This document shows positions 54,644 through 64,000 of a stretch of 64,000 bases of DNA, in pieces (position 1 is the stretch's first letter; every line of letters begins with the position of its first letter). Below the pieces are notes generated by a model. That model was not told the DNA's origin. It ran no database searches and was given only the letters and a program-made list of their open reading frames with translations. The stretch is taken from the NCBI GenBank assembly GCA_021413905.1, contig JAIOPO010000001.1:73159-137158 (forward strand), read 5' to 3'. The stretch is from Candidatus Nomurabacteria bacterium (GTDB lineage: Bacteria; Patescibacteriota; Minisyncoccia; Phycocordibacterales; UBA9973). The position numbers and the translations under genes were made by a program.

Positions 54644-55759
54644 ATGAAGAAAAAGACGATATTTGTCGGTATGTCTGGCGGAGTTGACAGCTCTGTTTCT
54701 GTGGCCTTGTTAAAAGAACAAGGTTATGACGTCGTGGGTGTTTTTATTAAGACTTGGCATCCTGATTTTTTAGAGTGTAATGAAGAGGAAGAGCGTCGTG
54801 ATGCTATGCGCAATGCGGCTCATCTTGATATTCCATTTCTTACTTTTGATTTTGAAAAAGAATATAAAAAAGGTGTAGCAGATTATATGATAAATGAATA
54901 TAAAATAGGACGTACTCCAAATCCTGATGTGATGTGCAATAAAGAGGTAAAATTCGGAGCATTTTTTAAAAAATCTTTGGAAATGGGTGCTGATTATGTG
55001 GCGACGGGGCATTATGCTCAAAATAAAAATTTTAATTTAGTAAAAGGCATTGATCCATCAAAAGACCAAAGTTACTTTCTTTGGACTTTGAAACAAGATC
55101 AATTAAATAAAATTTTATTTCCAATAGGACATTTAAAGAAAACTCAAGTCAGAGCTTTGGCAAAGAAATTCAAATTGCCTGTCGCGGAAAAAAAAGACAG
55201 TCAAGGGATTTGTTTTTTAGGTGCAGTGGATTTGAAAGATTTTTTGAAACATTATATTGAAGAAAAAAAAGGTGATGTCTGTAATGAAAATGGAGAAATT
55301 GTGGGTTATCATGATGGGGTAGTTTTTTATACATTAGGAGAAAGACATGGTTTTACTATTACTAAAAAAAGTCCTGATGATAAGCCGTATTATGTAGTAG
55401 GCAAAGATGTTGAGAAAAATATTTTGTATGCATCACAAGACAAAAATGCTCTTGAAAAACGCACGGATATTTTTTTGCTAAAAAATTCCTCGTGCTCGCG
55501 CCAGTCGCGCTCCCAAGGCGTTTTTCAAGAGCATTTTTGTCTTGCTTTAAATAATCTTAATTGGATTTCTGAAATTCCAAAAGAAGATAAAAATTATACA
55601 GCACAGATTCGTTACCATGGAGAATTTTTAACTTGTAAAATAATTTCAAATCAAAATATAACTGAAGTTATTTTTGAAAAACCAGTAATAGTGGCACCTG
55701 GACAGTCTGTTGTGATTTACGATAAAGATATTTGTTTAGGTGGTGGAATTGTAATATAA
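54644..55759 (+). CDS. mnmA: tRNA 2-thiouridylase
   Basis: GMSGGVDS, TPNPDVMCN, ATGHYA, KDQSYFL, DSQGICF, APGQ. Confidence 0.97.
   Translation: MKKKTIFVGMSGGVDSSVSVALLKEQGYDVVGVFIKTWHPDFLECNEEEERRDAMRNAAHLDIPFLTFDFEKEYKKGVADYMINEYKIGRTPNPDVMCNKEVKFGAFFKKSLEMGADYVATGHYAQNKNFNLVKGIDPSKDQSYFLWTLKQDQLNKILFPIGHLKKTQVRALAKKFKLPVAEKKDSQGICFLGAVDLKDFLKHYIEEKKGDVCNENGEIVGYHDGVVFYTLGERHGFTITKKSPDDKPYYVVGKDVEKNILYASQDKNALEKRTDIFLLKNSSCSRQSRSQGVFQEHFCLALNNLNWISEIPKEDKNYTAQIRYHGEFLTCKIISNQNITEVIFEKPVIVAPGQSVVIYDKDICLGGGIVI
55436..55544. repeat. 109-bp palindromic element inside mnmA (27-bp perfect inverted arms)
   Basis: CAAGACAAAAATGCTCTTGAAAAACGC (55436-55462) / GCGTTTTTCAAGAGCATTTTTGTCTTG (55518-55544). 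Confidence 0.9.
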
Positions 55760-55766
55760 TACAAAT

Positions 55767-56234
55767 ATGACAAACTTTTTTGTGCAAAATAGCGATATAA
55801 TATTAAAATTATTAGTAGCGATGGTTTTGGGTACTATTATTGGAGTTGAAAGAATTTTAGTTCATAAAGAAGCGGGTATGAAAACTCACGCACTTGTGGC
55901 TATGGGGGCGGCTCTTTTTATTATAATTTCTGAGATGATTAGTATAAAATATTCTAGTGTTGGTGGTTTTGATCCTTCACGTATAGCTTCACAAATAATT
56001 GTTGGTATTGGGTTTTTAGGTGCTGGTTCTATAATGTTAAATGGCAATAGGCTTACAGGTCTTACTACAGCAGGAGGTCTTTGGGTAACGGCAGGTATAG
56101 GCATGGCAACCGGTTTTGGTTTTTTTAATTTAGCAGTTATCACTACTGTTTTGGTTTTAGTTGTTTTTGTTTTAATGAGTATAATAGAAAAACCCATAAG
56201 AGAAATGTCGAACGAGAGTAATGATAAAAAATAA
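55767..56234 (+). CDS. MgtC/SapB family membrane protein
   Basis: IGVER, AGMKTH, DPSRIASQIIVGIGFLGAG, GLTTA. Confidence 0.92.
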   Translation: MTNFFVQNSDIILKLLVAMVLGTIIGVERILVHKEAGMKTHALVAMGAALFIIISEMISIKYSSVGGFDPSRIASQIIVGIGFLGAGSIMLNGNRLTGLTTAGGLWVTAGIGMATGFGFFNLAVITTVLVLVVFVLMSIIEKPIREMSNESNDKK

Positions 56235-56255
56235 ACAAAAATAAATTAAATTTTT

Positions 56256-57968
56256 ATGCAGTCAAAAGAAATTAGAGAAAGATTTTTAAAGTTTTTTGAA
56301 AACAGGGGACATAAAATAATTCCTTCTGCTTCGCTTGTGCCAGAGGGAGATATTTCCGTACTTTTTACTACAGCTGGTATGCAACAATTTAAGCCTTATT
56401 ATTCAAATCCAGAAAATGCTGATAAAGATTTTGGAAATAGGAATATTACTTCTGCACAAAAATGTCTTCGCACTAATGACATAGATGAAGTGGGTGATTC
56501 CACTCATAATACTTTTTTTGAAATGTTGGGTAATTTTTCTTTTGGTGGATATGGCAGACGTGAAGCTATTGAGTATGCTTATGATTTTATTAAAAAAGAA
56601 TTAGGGCTTGAAATTTCTTATGTAACTATTTATAAAGGTGAAGGCATTGTACCGAAAGATATTGAATCAGAAAATATTTGGCGTAATTTGGATTCAAATT
56701 TAGAGGTTCGTGAGGACGGTAGTGATGTTTTCTGGGGTCCGACAGGTAATAATGGACCCTGTGGACCAACTACAGAAATTTATTGTAAAAACGCTTCTGG
56801 TGAAGATGTTGAAATTTGGAATATTGTTTTTAATGAATATTTTTGTGATGGTTCTCGTGAAAAATTAGATAAGGGTGAGGCAAATTTAAAAAAAATGGAT
56901 GTTTTAGGTATTGATACAGGTATGGGTCTTGAGAGACTTCTTGCCACAGTACAAAAAAAGAAAAGCATTTATGATACTGATTTATTTTTAGAACTTTTTG
57001 ATAAAATAGAGCAATTTTCATCAATAGATAATTCAAAAGCAAAATGTATAGTGGCTGATCATATTAGAACTACAATTTTTTTAATTTCAGATGGTGTTTT
57101 TCCTTCTAATACTGATAGAGGATATATTTTACGCAGGCTTTTGCGTAGAGCTGTTAGATATGCGGATATTTTAGGTATGAAGCATGGCTCACTTGTTTGG
57201 CTCTCAGAATCAATAATAGAAAAGTATCATCAAATTTATCCAAATCTTTTGAAAAATTCTGAGATAATTAAAAAAGAAATTGAGAAAGAAGAAAATAAAT
57301 TTAGAGAAACTTTAGTTAAAGGTCTTAAAGAATTTGAGAAAGGAATAGATCCATTTATCTTAGCTACGACTTATGGTTTTCCAATAGAACTGACTCAAGA
57401 ATTGGCAGAAGAAAAAGGAACAAAGATTAATTTGGAAGATTTTAATAAACAGATGAAAGCACATGTTATACTTTCACAGACTGCAAGCGCAGGGATGTTT
57501 AAAGGCGGGCTTGCGAATCATAATGAAAAAACTGTTAAATTGCATACAGCGCATCATTTGCTCTTGGCAGCCTTGCAGGATGTTGTTAATAAAGACATAA
57601 AGCAAAGGGGAAGTAATATTACAGAAGAAAGATTGCGCATAGATTTTGTTTGTGATCACAAATTGACAGATGAAGAAAAAAATAAAGTAGAAAATTTAGT
57701 GAATGAAAAAATAAAAGCGGGTTTAAATGTTGTGCGTCGCGAAATGCCCTTAGCAGAAGCAGAAAAAATAGGTGCGCAGATGGAATTCGGAGCAAAATAT
57801 CCGGAAATGGTCTCTGTGTATTTTATTGAAGATGAAAAAGGAGCATTTTCAAAAGAATTTTGTGGTGGTCCTCATATTTCCAATACAGCTGAACTTGGAA
57901 CTTTCAAAATCCAAAAAGAAGAAGCTGTTTCTGCTGGTGTTCGCAGGATAAAAGCTGTGCTTTTATAA
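56256..57968 (+). CDS. alaS: Alanyl-tRNA synthetase (compact, no C-Ala domain)
   Basis: LFTTAGMQQFK, FEMLGNFS, IDTGMGLER, HTAHH, EFCGGPH, GVRRIKA. Confidence 0.96.
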   Translation: MQSKEIRERFLKFFENRGHKIIPSASLVPEGDISVLFTTAGMQQFKPYYSNPENADKDFGNRNITSAQKCLRTNDIDEVGDSTHNTFFEMLGNFSFGGYGRREAIEYAYDFIKKELGLEISYVTIYKGEGIVPKDIESENIWRNLDSNLEVREDGSDVFWGPTGNNGPCGPTTEIYCKNASGEDVEIWNIVFNEYFCDGSREKLDKGEANLKKMDVLGIDTGMGLERLLATVQKKKSIYDTDLFLELFDKIEQFSSIDNSKAKCIVADHIRTTIFLISDGVFPSNTDRGYILRRLLRRAVRYADILGMKHGSLVWLSESIIEKYHQIYPNLLKNSEIIKKEIEKEENKFRETLVKGLKEFEKGIDPFILATTYGFPIELTQELAEEKGTKINLEDFNKQMKAHVILSQTASAGMFKGGLANHNEKTVKLHTAHHLLLAALQDVVNKDIKQRGSNITEERLRIDFVCDHKLTDEEKNKVENLVNEKIKAGLNVVRREMPLAEAEKIGAQMEFGAKYPEMVSVYFIEDEKGAFSKEFCGGPHISNTAELGTFKIQKEEAVSAGVRRIKAVLL

Positions 57969-57991
57969 TTTACTTTGTTATAATATAAAGT

Positions 57992-59164
57992 ATGAGTTTT
58001 TTTTCATCAAAAAAAGAAGATGAATTGGTTTTAGTTTTTAATATTGGCTCTTCTTATGTTAGCGGAGCTTTTTTAGAGATACAAAAAAACAATAAACCCA
58101 AAATCATTTTCTCTATTCGTGAAAAAATAGATGTAAAAGAAAATATTGATTTTGAATCTTTTTTACATTCTACTTTCAAATCAATTGATTTGATTTCTAA
58201 CAAATTATTAAAAATAGAATTTAAAATACCTAGAAGAATTTTTTGCGTATTATCTTCATCTTTCTATGCTTCACAAATTAGAACAATAACTTTAAATAGA
58301 AATACATCTTTTGTTTTCAATCAAAAAATGGCAGATACATTGATACAAAAAGAAATTTCTATTTTTGAAGAAGAATTTATAAAAAATAATATTTCTAAAA
58401 CAGAAGATGTACGTTTGTTGGAATTTAAAAGCATGCAGATTCTATTAAATGGATATATTTCTGAAAAGCCATTAAATCAAAAAATAAAAAATTTAGAAAT
58501 GTCTATTTTTGTTTCAATTGCAAATAATTATATTTTGAAAAATATAAAAGATTCAATACGAAGATACTTTAATTTTAAAGATATTAGATTTATATCTTTT
58601 TCAATGGCATCTTTTGCTGTTATTAGGAATCTTTTTTCTTATCAAAAAGATTTTATTTTATTGGATATTGGTGGTGAAATTACAGATATATCTTTAATTA
58701 GAAAAGATATATTATGCAGTTCCGCTTCTTTTCCTTTTGGAATAAATTTTATTATTCGTGGATTGTCTAACATCATGAAATGTTCTTTTGATGAAGCAAA
58801 GACGGATTTTATGATGTATAAAGATAATCATTTAACAGAAATTTTAAAAGAGAAAACTAGAATTAACCTAGAAAAAGTTGAAAAAGAATGGATTTTGAAT
58901 TTTGAAAAATGTTTATTGTCTTTATCAAAACAAGGCCATTTATCTTCTACTGTTTTTTTAACTATAGATAAAAAATACGCGGATTATTTTTCTGAAATTA
59001 TAAAAAGAGAACAAATGAATCAATATAATATGATCGAATCAAAATTCAATGTTATTTATGTAAATATGCAAACTTTACATAACCATATTATTTTTAAAGA
59101 TAATTCTTTAAGAGATGAATTTTTAGCCATAGATTCTATTTACATTAATAATTTTCTTAGTTAA
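57992..59164 (+). CDS. FtsA/actin-like ATPase-fold protein
   Basis: VFNIGSS and LLDIGGEITDI...FPFG actin-fold phosphate loops. Confidence 0.65.
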   Translation: MSFFSSKKEDELVLVFNIGSSYVSGAFLEIQKNNKPKIIFSIREKIDVKENIDFESFLHSTFKSIDLISNKLLKIEFKIPRRIFCVLSSSFYASQIRTITLNRNTSFVFNQKMADTLIQKEISIFEEEFIKNNISKTEDVRLLEFKSMQILLNGYISEKPLNQKIKNLEMSIFVSIANNYILKNIKDSIRRYFNFKDIRFISFSMASFAVIRNLFSYQKDFILLDIGGEITDISLIRKDILCSSASFPFGINFIIRGLSNIMKCSFDEAKTDFMMYKDNHLTEILKEKTRINLEKVEKEWILNFEKCLLSLSKQGHLSSTVFLTIDKKYADYFSEIIKREQMNQYNMIESKFNVIYVNMQTLHNHIIFKDNSLRDEFLAIDSIYINNFLS

Positions 59165-59173
59165 TATATAAAT

Positions 59174-60466
59174 ATGAAAAAAAATCTTATTCAAGATATA
59201 AATATAAAAAAAAATAAAGTTGTACAAAAAGAAATTCCTATCCTTAAAAAGGATGAATTTTATGTAAATACTAAATCAACTTCTTATCAAGAAGATTCTA
59301 GAGATTATTTTTTGGATAAAAATAAAAAAAAAGATGTTGGATCTAGTTTTGCGATTTGGTTTCTTGCTTTATTTGCTGTGATTTTTTTACTTTTTGCTGT
59401 ATCTTTTCTTTTTTCTAATGCGAAAATATTGATAACCCCAAAATCTCAAGATGTCACATTGAATGAAAATTTGTCTGCTGTTAAAGATTCTAATATTGAT
59501 GGGGTTTCTTTTAATCTAATAGCATTAAATGGGGAAGAAAGTAAAACTTTGCATGGAGGTGAATTACATAATGTTAATTTGAAAGCAAAGGGCAAGGTAT
59601 TACTTTATAATAATTTCAGTACAACTCCACAATCTTTGGCGATTGATACTAGGCTCGAAGGGTCTAATGGTAAACTTTATAAAACAGATCAAAAAATAAC
59701 TATTCCAGGAGTGAATAAGACTGGTGTTCCTGGTTCAATAGAGGTTGGTATTTACGCAAATGAGGCAGGAGAAGATTATAACAGTGATCCTCTTGATTTT
59801 AAAATTTTTGGTTTTAAGGGAACAAATAAATATGAAAAAATATATGCTCGTTCTGTAGGAAAAATAAATGGTGGTATGGTGGGTCAGATTTCTGAAGTCA
59901 GTGATTCAGAAAAAGAATCTGCATTAATAGATTTAAAAAATTCACTTCAAGCTAAATTGATTCAAAAGGCTCAAGATCAAATACCATCAGGTTTTATTTT
60001 GTTTAAAGATGCTGTCTTTTTAAGTATCGAAGATCAAAATTCTGAGTATAAAGAAGATGTTTTAAATTTAAATATCAAAGGGACTTTGTACGGTATTTTA
60101 TTTAATGAAGATAAATTAACTCAAAAAATAGTCAATGATGTAATTTCTAAAAATTCTGAAGATTCAGTTTATATTCAAAATTTAAAAAATTTAAAATTTT
60201 CATTAATAAACAGTTCGGATTTGATTGGTATTTCTGATTTAAAAAATTTAAGTTTTAATTTGTCTGGTCCAGTGAAAATAATTTGGAATATTGATAATGA
60301 TAAAATAATCAATGATGTTTTAGGTCAAAATAAAAAAGACTTTAATCCTATAATGTCTAAATATCAAAATATTGATTCTGCTGATTTAATAATGAGACCA
60401 ATCTGGAAAACATCTTTCCCTGATAAAATAAAAAAAATAAAAATTAATATTAATGAAATAAAATAA
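59174..60466 (+). CDS. Conserved CPR membrane-anchored protein (baseplate J-like domain)
   Basis: TM helix; KAKGKVLLYN...TRL...IPG...PGSIEV..A..AGEDYN pattern. Confidence 0.6.
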   Translation: MKKNLIQDINIKKNKVVQKEIPILKKDEFYVNTKSTSYQEDSRDYFLDKNKKKDVGSSFAIWFLALFAVIFLLFAVSFLFSNAKILITPKSQDVTLNENLSAVKDSNIDGVSFNLIALNGEESKTLHGGELHNVNLKAKGKVLLYNNFSTTPQSLAIDTRLEGSNGKLYKTDQKITIPGVNKTGVPGSIEVGIYANEAGEDYNSDPLDFKIFGFKGTNKYEKIYARSVGKINGGMVGQISEVSDSEKESALIDLKNSLQAKLIQKAQDQIPSGFILFKDAVFLSIEDQNSEYKEDVLNLNIKGTLYGILFNEDKLTQKIVNDVISKNSEDSVYIQNLKNLKFSLINSSDLIGISDLKNLSFNLSGPVKIIWNIDNDKIINDVLGQNKKDFNPIMSKYQNIDSADLIMRPIWKTSFPDKIKKIKININEIK

Positions 60467-60518
60467 GCTTAATTTGATTGACTTAAGTATTTAATTTTGT
60501 TAGAATTTGTGCATACAA

Positions 60519-60740
60519 ATGAGTGATAATAAAAATGATAAAATTTTAACAGGCAGAGGTGTGATAACTGAAGCTTTACCTAGTACATTGTTCCGTGTGA
60601 TGATGGAAGATGAAAAGGAAATTCTTGCTTATTTGTCTGGAAAAATGCGTATGAATCGCATCAAGGTTTTAATAGGAGATAATGTCGAAATTGTTTTAGA
60701 TCCGTATGGAGGAAAGGGCAGAATTGTCAAACGTTTGTAA
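60519..60740 (+). CDS. infA: Translation initiation factor IF-1
   Basis: GVITEALPSTLFRV, LSGKMRMNRIKVLIGD. Confidence 0.96.
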   Translation: MSDNKNDKILTGRGVITEALPSTLFRVMMEDEKEILAYLSGKMRMNRIKVLIGDNVEIVLDPYGGKGRIVKRL

Positions 60741-60886
60741 TTAAAGTTATAAACAGTTATAAAATTTGTGTTTTTTAAACAAATAGTGTATTATAGTAGT
60801 TACAGTTTTCAATAGAAATAAAACATTGAAAAATAAGGGTTTTCCCCTTGTTTTTCGGTTAATTTATACATATTAAAAATAAATTT

Positions 60887-60997
60887 ATGAAAATCAAATC
60901 AGCCGTAAAAAAAATTTGTGATAATTGTAAAATGGTAAAACGCCAAAGGCATTTACGGATAATTTGTACTAACCCTAAACATAAACAAAAACAATAA
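60887..60997 (+). CDS. rpmJ: Ribosomal protein bL36
   Basis: Manual translation [36 protein letters not shown]. Confidence 0.95.
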   Translation: MKIKSAVKKICDNCKMVKRQRHLRIICTNPKHKQKQ

Positions 60998-61001
60998 TTT
61001 T

Positions 61002-61382
61002 ATGAGAATACTTGGAATCACAGTACCAAACGAAAAGAGACTTGAAATCGGTTTAACCTGCTTCTATGGCATTGGTATACCGATGGCTCGCAAAATATTA
61101 GACAAGGTTGGCATGGATCATGGCAAGAAAGCAAAAGATTTGACACCAGAAGAAGAAAATCAAATCCGTGCAATTATCGAAGCTATGACAATCGAAGGTA
61201 ATCTAAAACGTGAAATTTCTGCAAATATAAAAAGATTGAAAGATATCAAAACTCACCGAGGTGTCAGACATATGAAGAGATTGCCTGTAAGAGGACAAAG
61301 AACAAAAACAAATTCAAGAACAGTCCGAGGTAATGTACGCAGAACAATGGCATCAGGTAAGAGAAAAGAAAGTAAAACATAA
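61002..61382 (+). CDS. rpsM: Ribosomal protein uS13
   Basis: YGIG, RGVRH..LPVRGQRTKTNSRT. Confidence 0.97.
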   Translation: MRILGITVPNEKRLEIGLTCFYGIGIPMARKILDKVGMDHGKKAKDLTPEEENQIRAIIEAMTIEGNLKREISANIKRLKDIKTHRGVRHMKRLPVRGQRTKTNSRTVRGNVRRTMASGKRKESKT

Positions 61383-61395
61383 AATAATATTATAT

Positions 61396-61824
61396 ATGGC
61401 ACAAAAACAAGTAACAAATGAAATAGAAACTCCAGTAGAAGAAGTAAAAGCAACTCCTTCAAAAACAGCAAAGAAAAAAATATCTGCTGGTATTTTAAAT
61501 ATTGATGCTACTTTCAATAACACAAAAGTTATTTTTGCAGACAAAATGGGCAATTTGTTGTTTTGGTCAAGTGCTGGTTCTTTAGGTTTTAAGGGTGCTA
61601 AAAAAGGTACTCCTTTTGCTGCTTCAAAAGTAGGAGATATTATTGGAGGTAAAGCTGCAGCTCTTGGAATAAAAGAAGCTGATGTTGTTGTTCGCGGTGT
61701 TGGTTCTGGAAGAGAGCCTGTTATAAGAGCATTTATGGCTTACAATATAGAAATCACTTCCATTAAAGATGCGACACCTGTTCCACACAATGGTCCAAAA
61801 GCAAAAAAACCTAGAAGAGTATAA
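61396..61824 (+). CDS. rpsK: Ribosomal protein uS11
   Basis: ATFNNT, GFKGAKKGTPFAA, DATPVPHNG. Confidence 0.97.
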   Translation: MAQKQVTNEIETPVEEVKATPSKTAKKKISAGILNIDATFNNTKVIFADKMGNLLFWSSAGSLGFKGAKKGTPFAASKVGDIIGGKAAALGIKEADVVVRGVGSGREPVIRAFMAYNIEITSIKDATPVPHNGPKAKKPRRV

Positions 61825-61842
61825 TAATTAAATTAAAAATAT

Positions 61843-62445
61843 ATGATACCAAAACCAAAATTTAAAATTTGTAGAAGATTAGGTCCAGGAGTTTATGACA
61901 AATGTCAGACTTCTAAATTTTCAAATGCTTCCAAGAAATTAGCAGTGGGTGCAAAACGTCCAAAAGCTCTTTCCGAATACGGTTTAGGTTTAGTTGAAAA
62001 ACAAAAAGTTCGTTTTTCTTATGGTATTTCTGAAAGACAACTTTCAAATTATGTAAAGAAAGCTACTGTTACAAAAGGTGCAGGTACTGCAGAAAAATTC
62101 TTTGAAGGTCTTGAGTCTCGTTTAGACAATGTTATTTATAGAATGGGATTAGCAAATTCAAGAAGAGGTGCTAGACAAATGGTATCTCACGGTCATTTTA
62201 TAGTTAATAATCATAAAGTTACAATTCCTTCATATGAAGTTCGCACAGGAGATATTGTTAAAATCCGTGAAGGTTCAAAAAATACAAGATTGTTCGATAA
62301 TTTAGCGGAAAAATTAAAAGATTATCATGCACCTTCTTGGTTATCATTTGATCCAGCAAAGATGGAAGGAAAGATTACAGCAAAGCCGACAAATACTGAA
62401 ACATTTTTAGATTTGAACGCTGTACTTGAATTCTACAGTCGTTAA
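61843..62445 (+). CDS. rpsD: Ribosomal protein uS4
   Basis: EKQKVRFSYG, LESRLDNVIYR, ARQMVSHGH, EFYSR. Confidence 0.97.
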   Translation: MIPKPKFKICRRLGPGVYDKCQTSKFSNASKKLAVGAKRPKALSEYGLGLVEKQKVRFSYGISERQLSNYVKKATVTKGAGTAEKFFEGLESRLDNVIYRMGLANSRRGARQMVSHGHFIVNNHKVTIPSYEVRTGDIVKIREGSKNTRLFDNLAEKLKDYHAPSWLSFDPAKMEGKITAKPTNTETFLDLNAVLEFYSR

Positions 62446-62488
62446 TTAATTTATTATTAAAATTTAACAATTAACTTTTTATAAAAAC

Positions 62489-63472
62489 ATGCCTGAATAT
62501 AAAATAATTTTACCTTCAAAACCTCGTGCGGTTTTAGAAGAGGGAAATAAAGGAGTATTTGAAATAGACGGTCTGTATCCTGGATACGGACATACTTTGG
62601 GTAACAGTTTAAGAAGAATCATTTTATCTTCTTTGCCTGGTGCAAGTGTCACATCAATCAAGATTGATGGCGTTTCTCATGAATTTTCTACAATGGATGG
62701 TATTAAAGAAGATGTTATTGTTATGATTTTGAATCTTAAAAAGACTCGTTTCAAAATGATTACAGATGAACCTCAAACAGTATCTATTTCTGTTAAAGGC
62801 CCACAAATCGTAACAGCTGCTGATATAAAAACATCTGGTCAAGTAGAAGTATTAAATCCTGATTTGTATATTGCTGAAGTTACTGGAAAAATAAATTTAA
62901 ATATTGAATTAAATATAGAAAAAGGTCTTGGTTTTATTCCAAAAGAAGTTTTGCAAAAAGATAAAGTTGATGTAGGTACTATCGCTGTAGATGGTATTTT
63001 TACACCTATTCGTCGTGTTGCTTATGAAGTTGAAAACATGCGCGTAGGAGATAGAACAAACCACAATCGTCTTAGAATGACTATCGAAACAGATGGCACA
63101 CTTGCTCCTCGTGAAGTTCTTGCAAAATCAATTGAAATAATGATTAATCAATTGAAAGCCATCGTTGATTTTAAAGAAGTTGAAGAAGAAATAAAAATTG
63201 AAAAAAAATCTTCAAAAAAAGAAGAAGTTGATATGTCTGAAGATGAAGATAAAAAGGATGAAGATATCACAGACGTATTGAAAACAAGAATAGATAATTT
63301 AGATCTTTCCACAAGAACATTGAATGCTTTGACTGCTGCAAATATCCGTACTATCGGAGGTCTTGCTCGCAAGAAAAGAGATGATTTGCTTGAAGTGGAA
63401 GGTATCGGAGAAAAAGGTATTACAGAAATTAAAAAAGTACTTGGTAAGTTCGGCCTTAGTTTGAAAGAATAA
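62489..63472 (+). CDS. rpoA: RNA polymerase subunit alpha
   Basis: GYGHTLGNSLRRIILSS, HEFS, VENMRVG, alpha-CTD. Confidence 0.97.
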   Translation: MPEYKIILPSKPRAVLEEGNKGVFEIDGLYPGYGHTLGNSLRRIILSSLPGASVTSIKIDGVSHEFSTMDGIKEDVIVMILNLKKTRFKMITDEPQTVSISVKGPQIVTAADIKTSGQVEVLNPDLYIAEVTGKINLNIELNIEKGLGFIPKEVLQKDKVDVGTIAVDGIFTPIRRVAYEVENMRVGDRTNHNRLRMTIETDGTLAPREVLAKSIEIMINQLKAIVDFKEVEEEIKIEKKSSKKEEVDMSEDEDKKDEDITDVLKTRIDNLDLSTRTLNALTAANIRTIGGLARKKRDDLLEVEGIGEKGITEIKKVLGKFGLSLKE

Positions 63473-63479
63473 AAAATAT

Positions 63480-63833
63480 ATGAGACATCACAACAGTAAA
63501 AGAAAATTTGGAAGAGAAAAAAATCAAAGAAATGCTTTGGTGAATTCTTTAGCGCTCAATTTGATTGTGCGTGAAAAAATAAAAACAACTTTGCCAAAAG
63601 CAAAAGAGTTAAAACCATTCATTGAGAAATTGGTTACAAAAGCAAAAAAAGCAGATGTTGCTTCTCGCAGATTGCTCGCTTCCAAGCTGACAAATCGCAA
63701 AAAAGAAGTAAAGAAATTGGTTGATGTTATCGCGCCTAGATATATTGATAGAAAAGGTGGATACACAAGATTATTAAAACTTGGAGTTCGAAAATCTGAC
63801 GGAGCAGAAATGGCTGTCATAGAATTTGTGTAA
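63480..63833 (+). CDS. rplQ: Ribosomal protein bL17
   Basis: MRH, IKTTLPKAKEL, RKGGYTR, DGAEMAVIE. Confidence 0.97.
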   Translation: MRHHNSKRKFGREKNQRNALVNSLALNLIVREKIKTTLPKAKELKPFIEKLVTKAKKADVASRRLLASKLTNRKKEVKKLVDVIAPRYIDRKGGYTRLLKLGVRKSDGAEMAVIEFV

Positions 63834-63863
63834 TTTTAAGAAATGGTTTAATATAAAAAAGTT

Positions 63864-64000
63864 ATGAAAAAACACGACGAAAAAGTAATAGATGCAAATG
63901 GTAGAACTCTAGGTAGAGTGGCTAGTGAAGCCGCTATGTCTTTGATGGGTAAAACAAAAGCAACTTTCGAAAGAAATGTTTATTCTGGTTTACCTGTTAA
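63864..64000 (+). CDS. rplM: Ribosomal protein uL13 (5' partial)
   Basis: MKKHDEKVIDANGRTLGRVASEAAMSLMGK. Confidence 0.92.
   Translation, partial: MKKHDEKVIDANGRTLGRVASEAAMSLMGKTKATFERNVYSGLPV

Noticed and set aside
3618-57968. Short ValRS, AlaRS and GlmU lacking C-terminal domains
   Set aside because: ORFs end cleanly with catalytic motifs intact; consistent with CPR streamlining rather than pseudogenisation
59174-60466. Baseplate J-like protein as evidence of a prophage
   Set aside because: Membrane-anchored, in housekeeping context, with no other phage genes nearby
60829-60856. Hairpin GAAAAATAAGGG-TTTT-CCCCTTGTTTTTC before rpmJ
   Set aside because: Could be a ribosomal-protein operon leader or terminator, but not distinguishable from sequence alone
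1-64000. CRISPR array, rRNA, DGR/retron reverse transcriptase, IS transposase
   Set aside because: No regularly spaced repeats, rRNA-like sequence, RT motifs or transposase ORFs seen

Overview
AT-rich bacterial chromosome segment using genetic code 11. Gene content and protein styles point to Patescibacteria/CPR, Parcubacteria-like (inference). Most of it is housekeeping: lepA end, valS, tsaD, ftsZ/ftsA, greA, lysS, mraZ-rsmH-ftsL-ftsI-murF, gap-rpiB-rpe-tkt, typA, mltG, mnmA, alaS, infA-rpmJ-rpsMKD-rpoA-rplQ-rplM and four tRNAs. The main accessory feature is a 13.8-kb, visibly more GC-rich element integrated at tRNA-Glu, bounded by a 9-bp direct repeat TAGGGTCAC (8775-8783 and 22599-22607). 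It carries a large serine recombinase, a satellite-like replication module, a type III R-M system and a HEPN protein. The att site lies inside the recombinase ORF, so integration and excision swap the enzyme's C-terminus. Other notable signals: a structured leader with mutually exclusive pairings before the methyltransferase; 9-bp GTGAAC repeats at three sites in the element; a Bacteroidota-type primary sigma factor that shares a 14-nt leader motif with a distant Gre-like gene; an unannotated structured RNA candidate between lysS and mraZ; in-frame palindromic insertions in mnmA, tsaD and valS; degenerate tRNA 5' copies upstream of two tRNAs; and a frameshifted orphan RHS toxin-immunity module.
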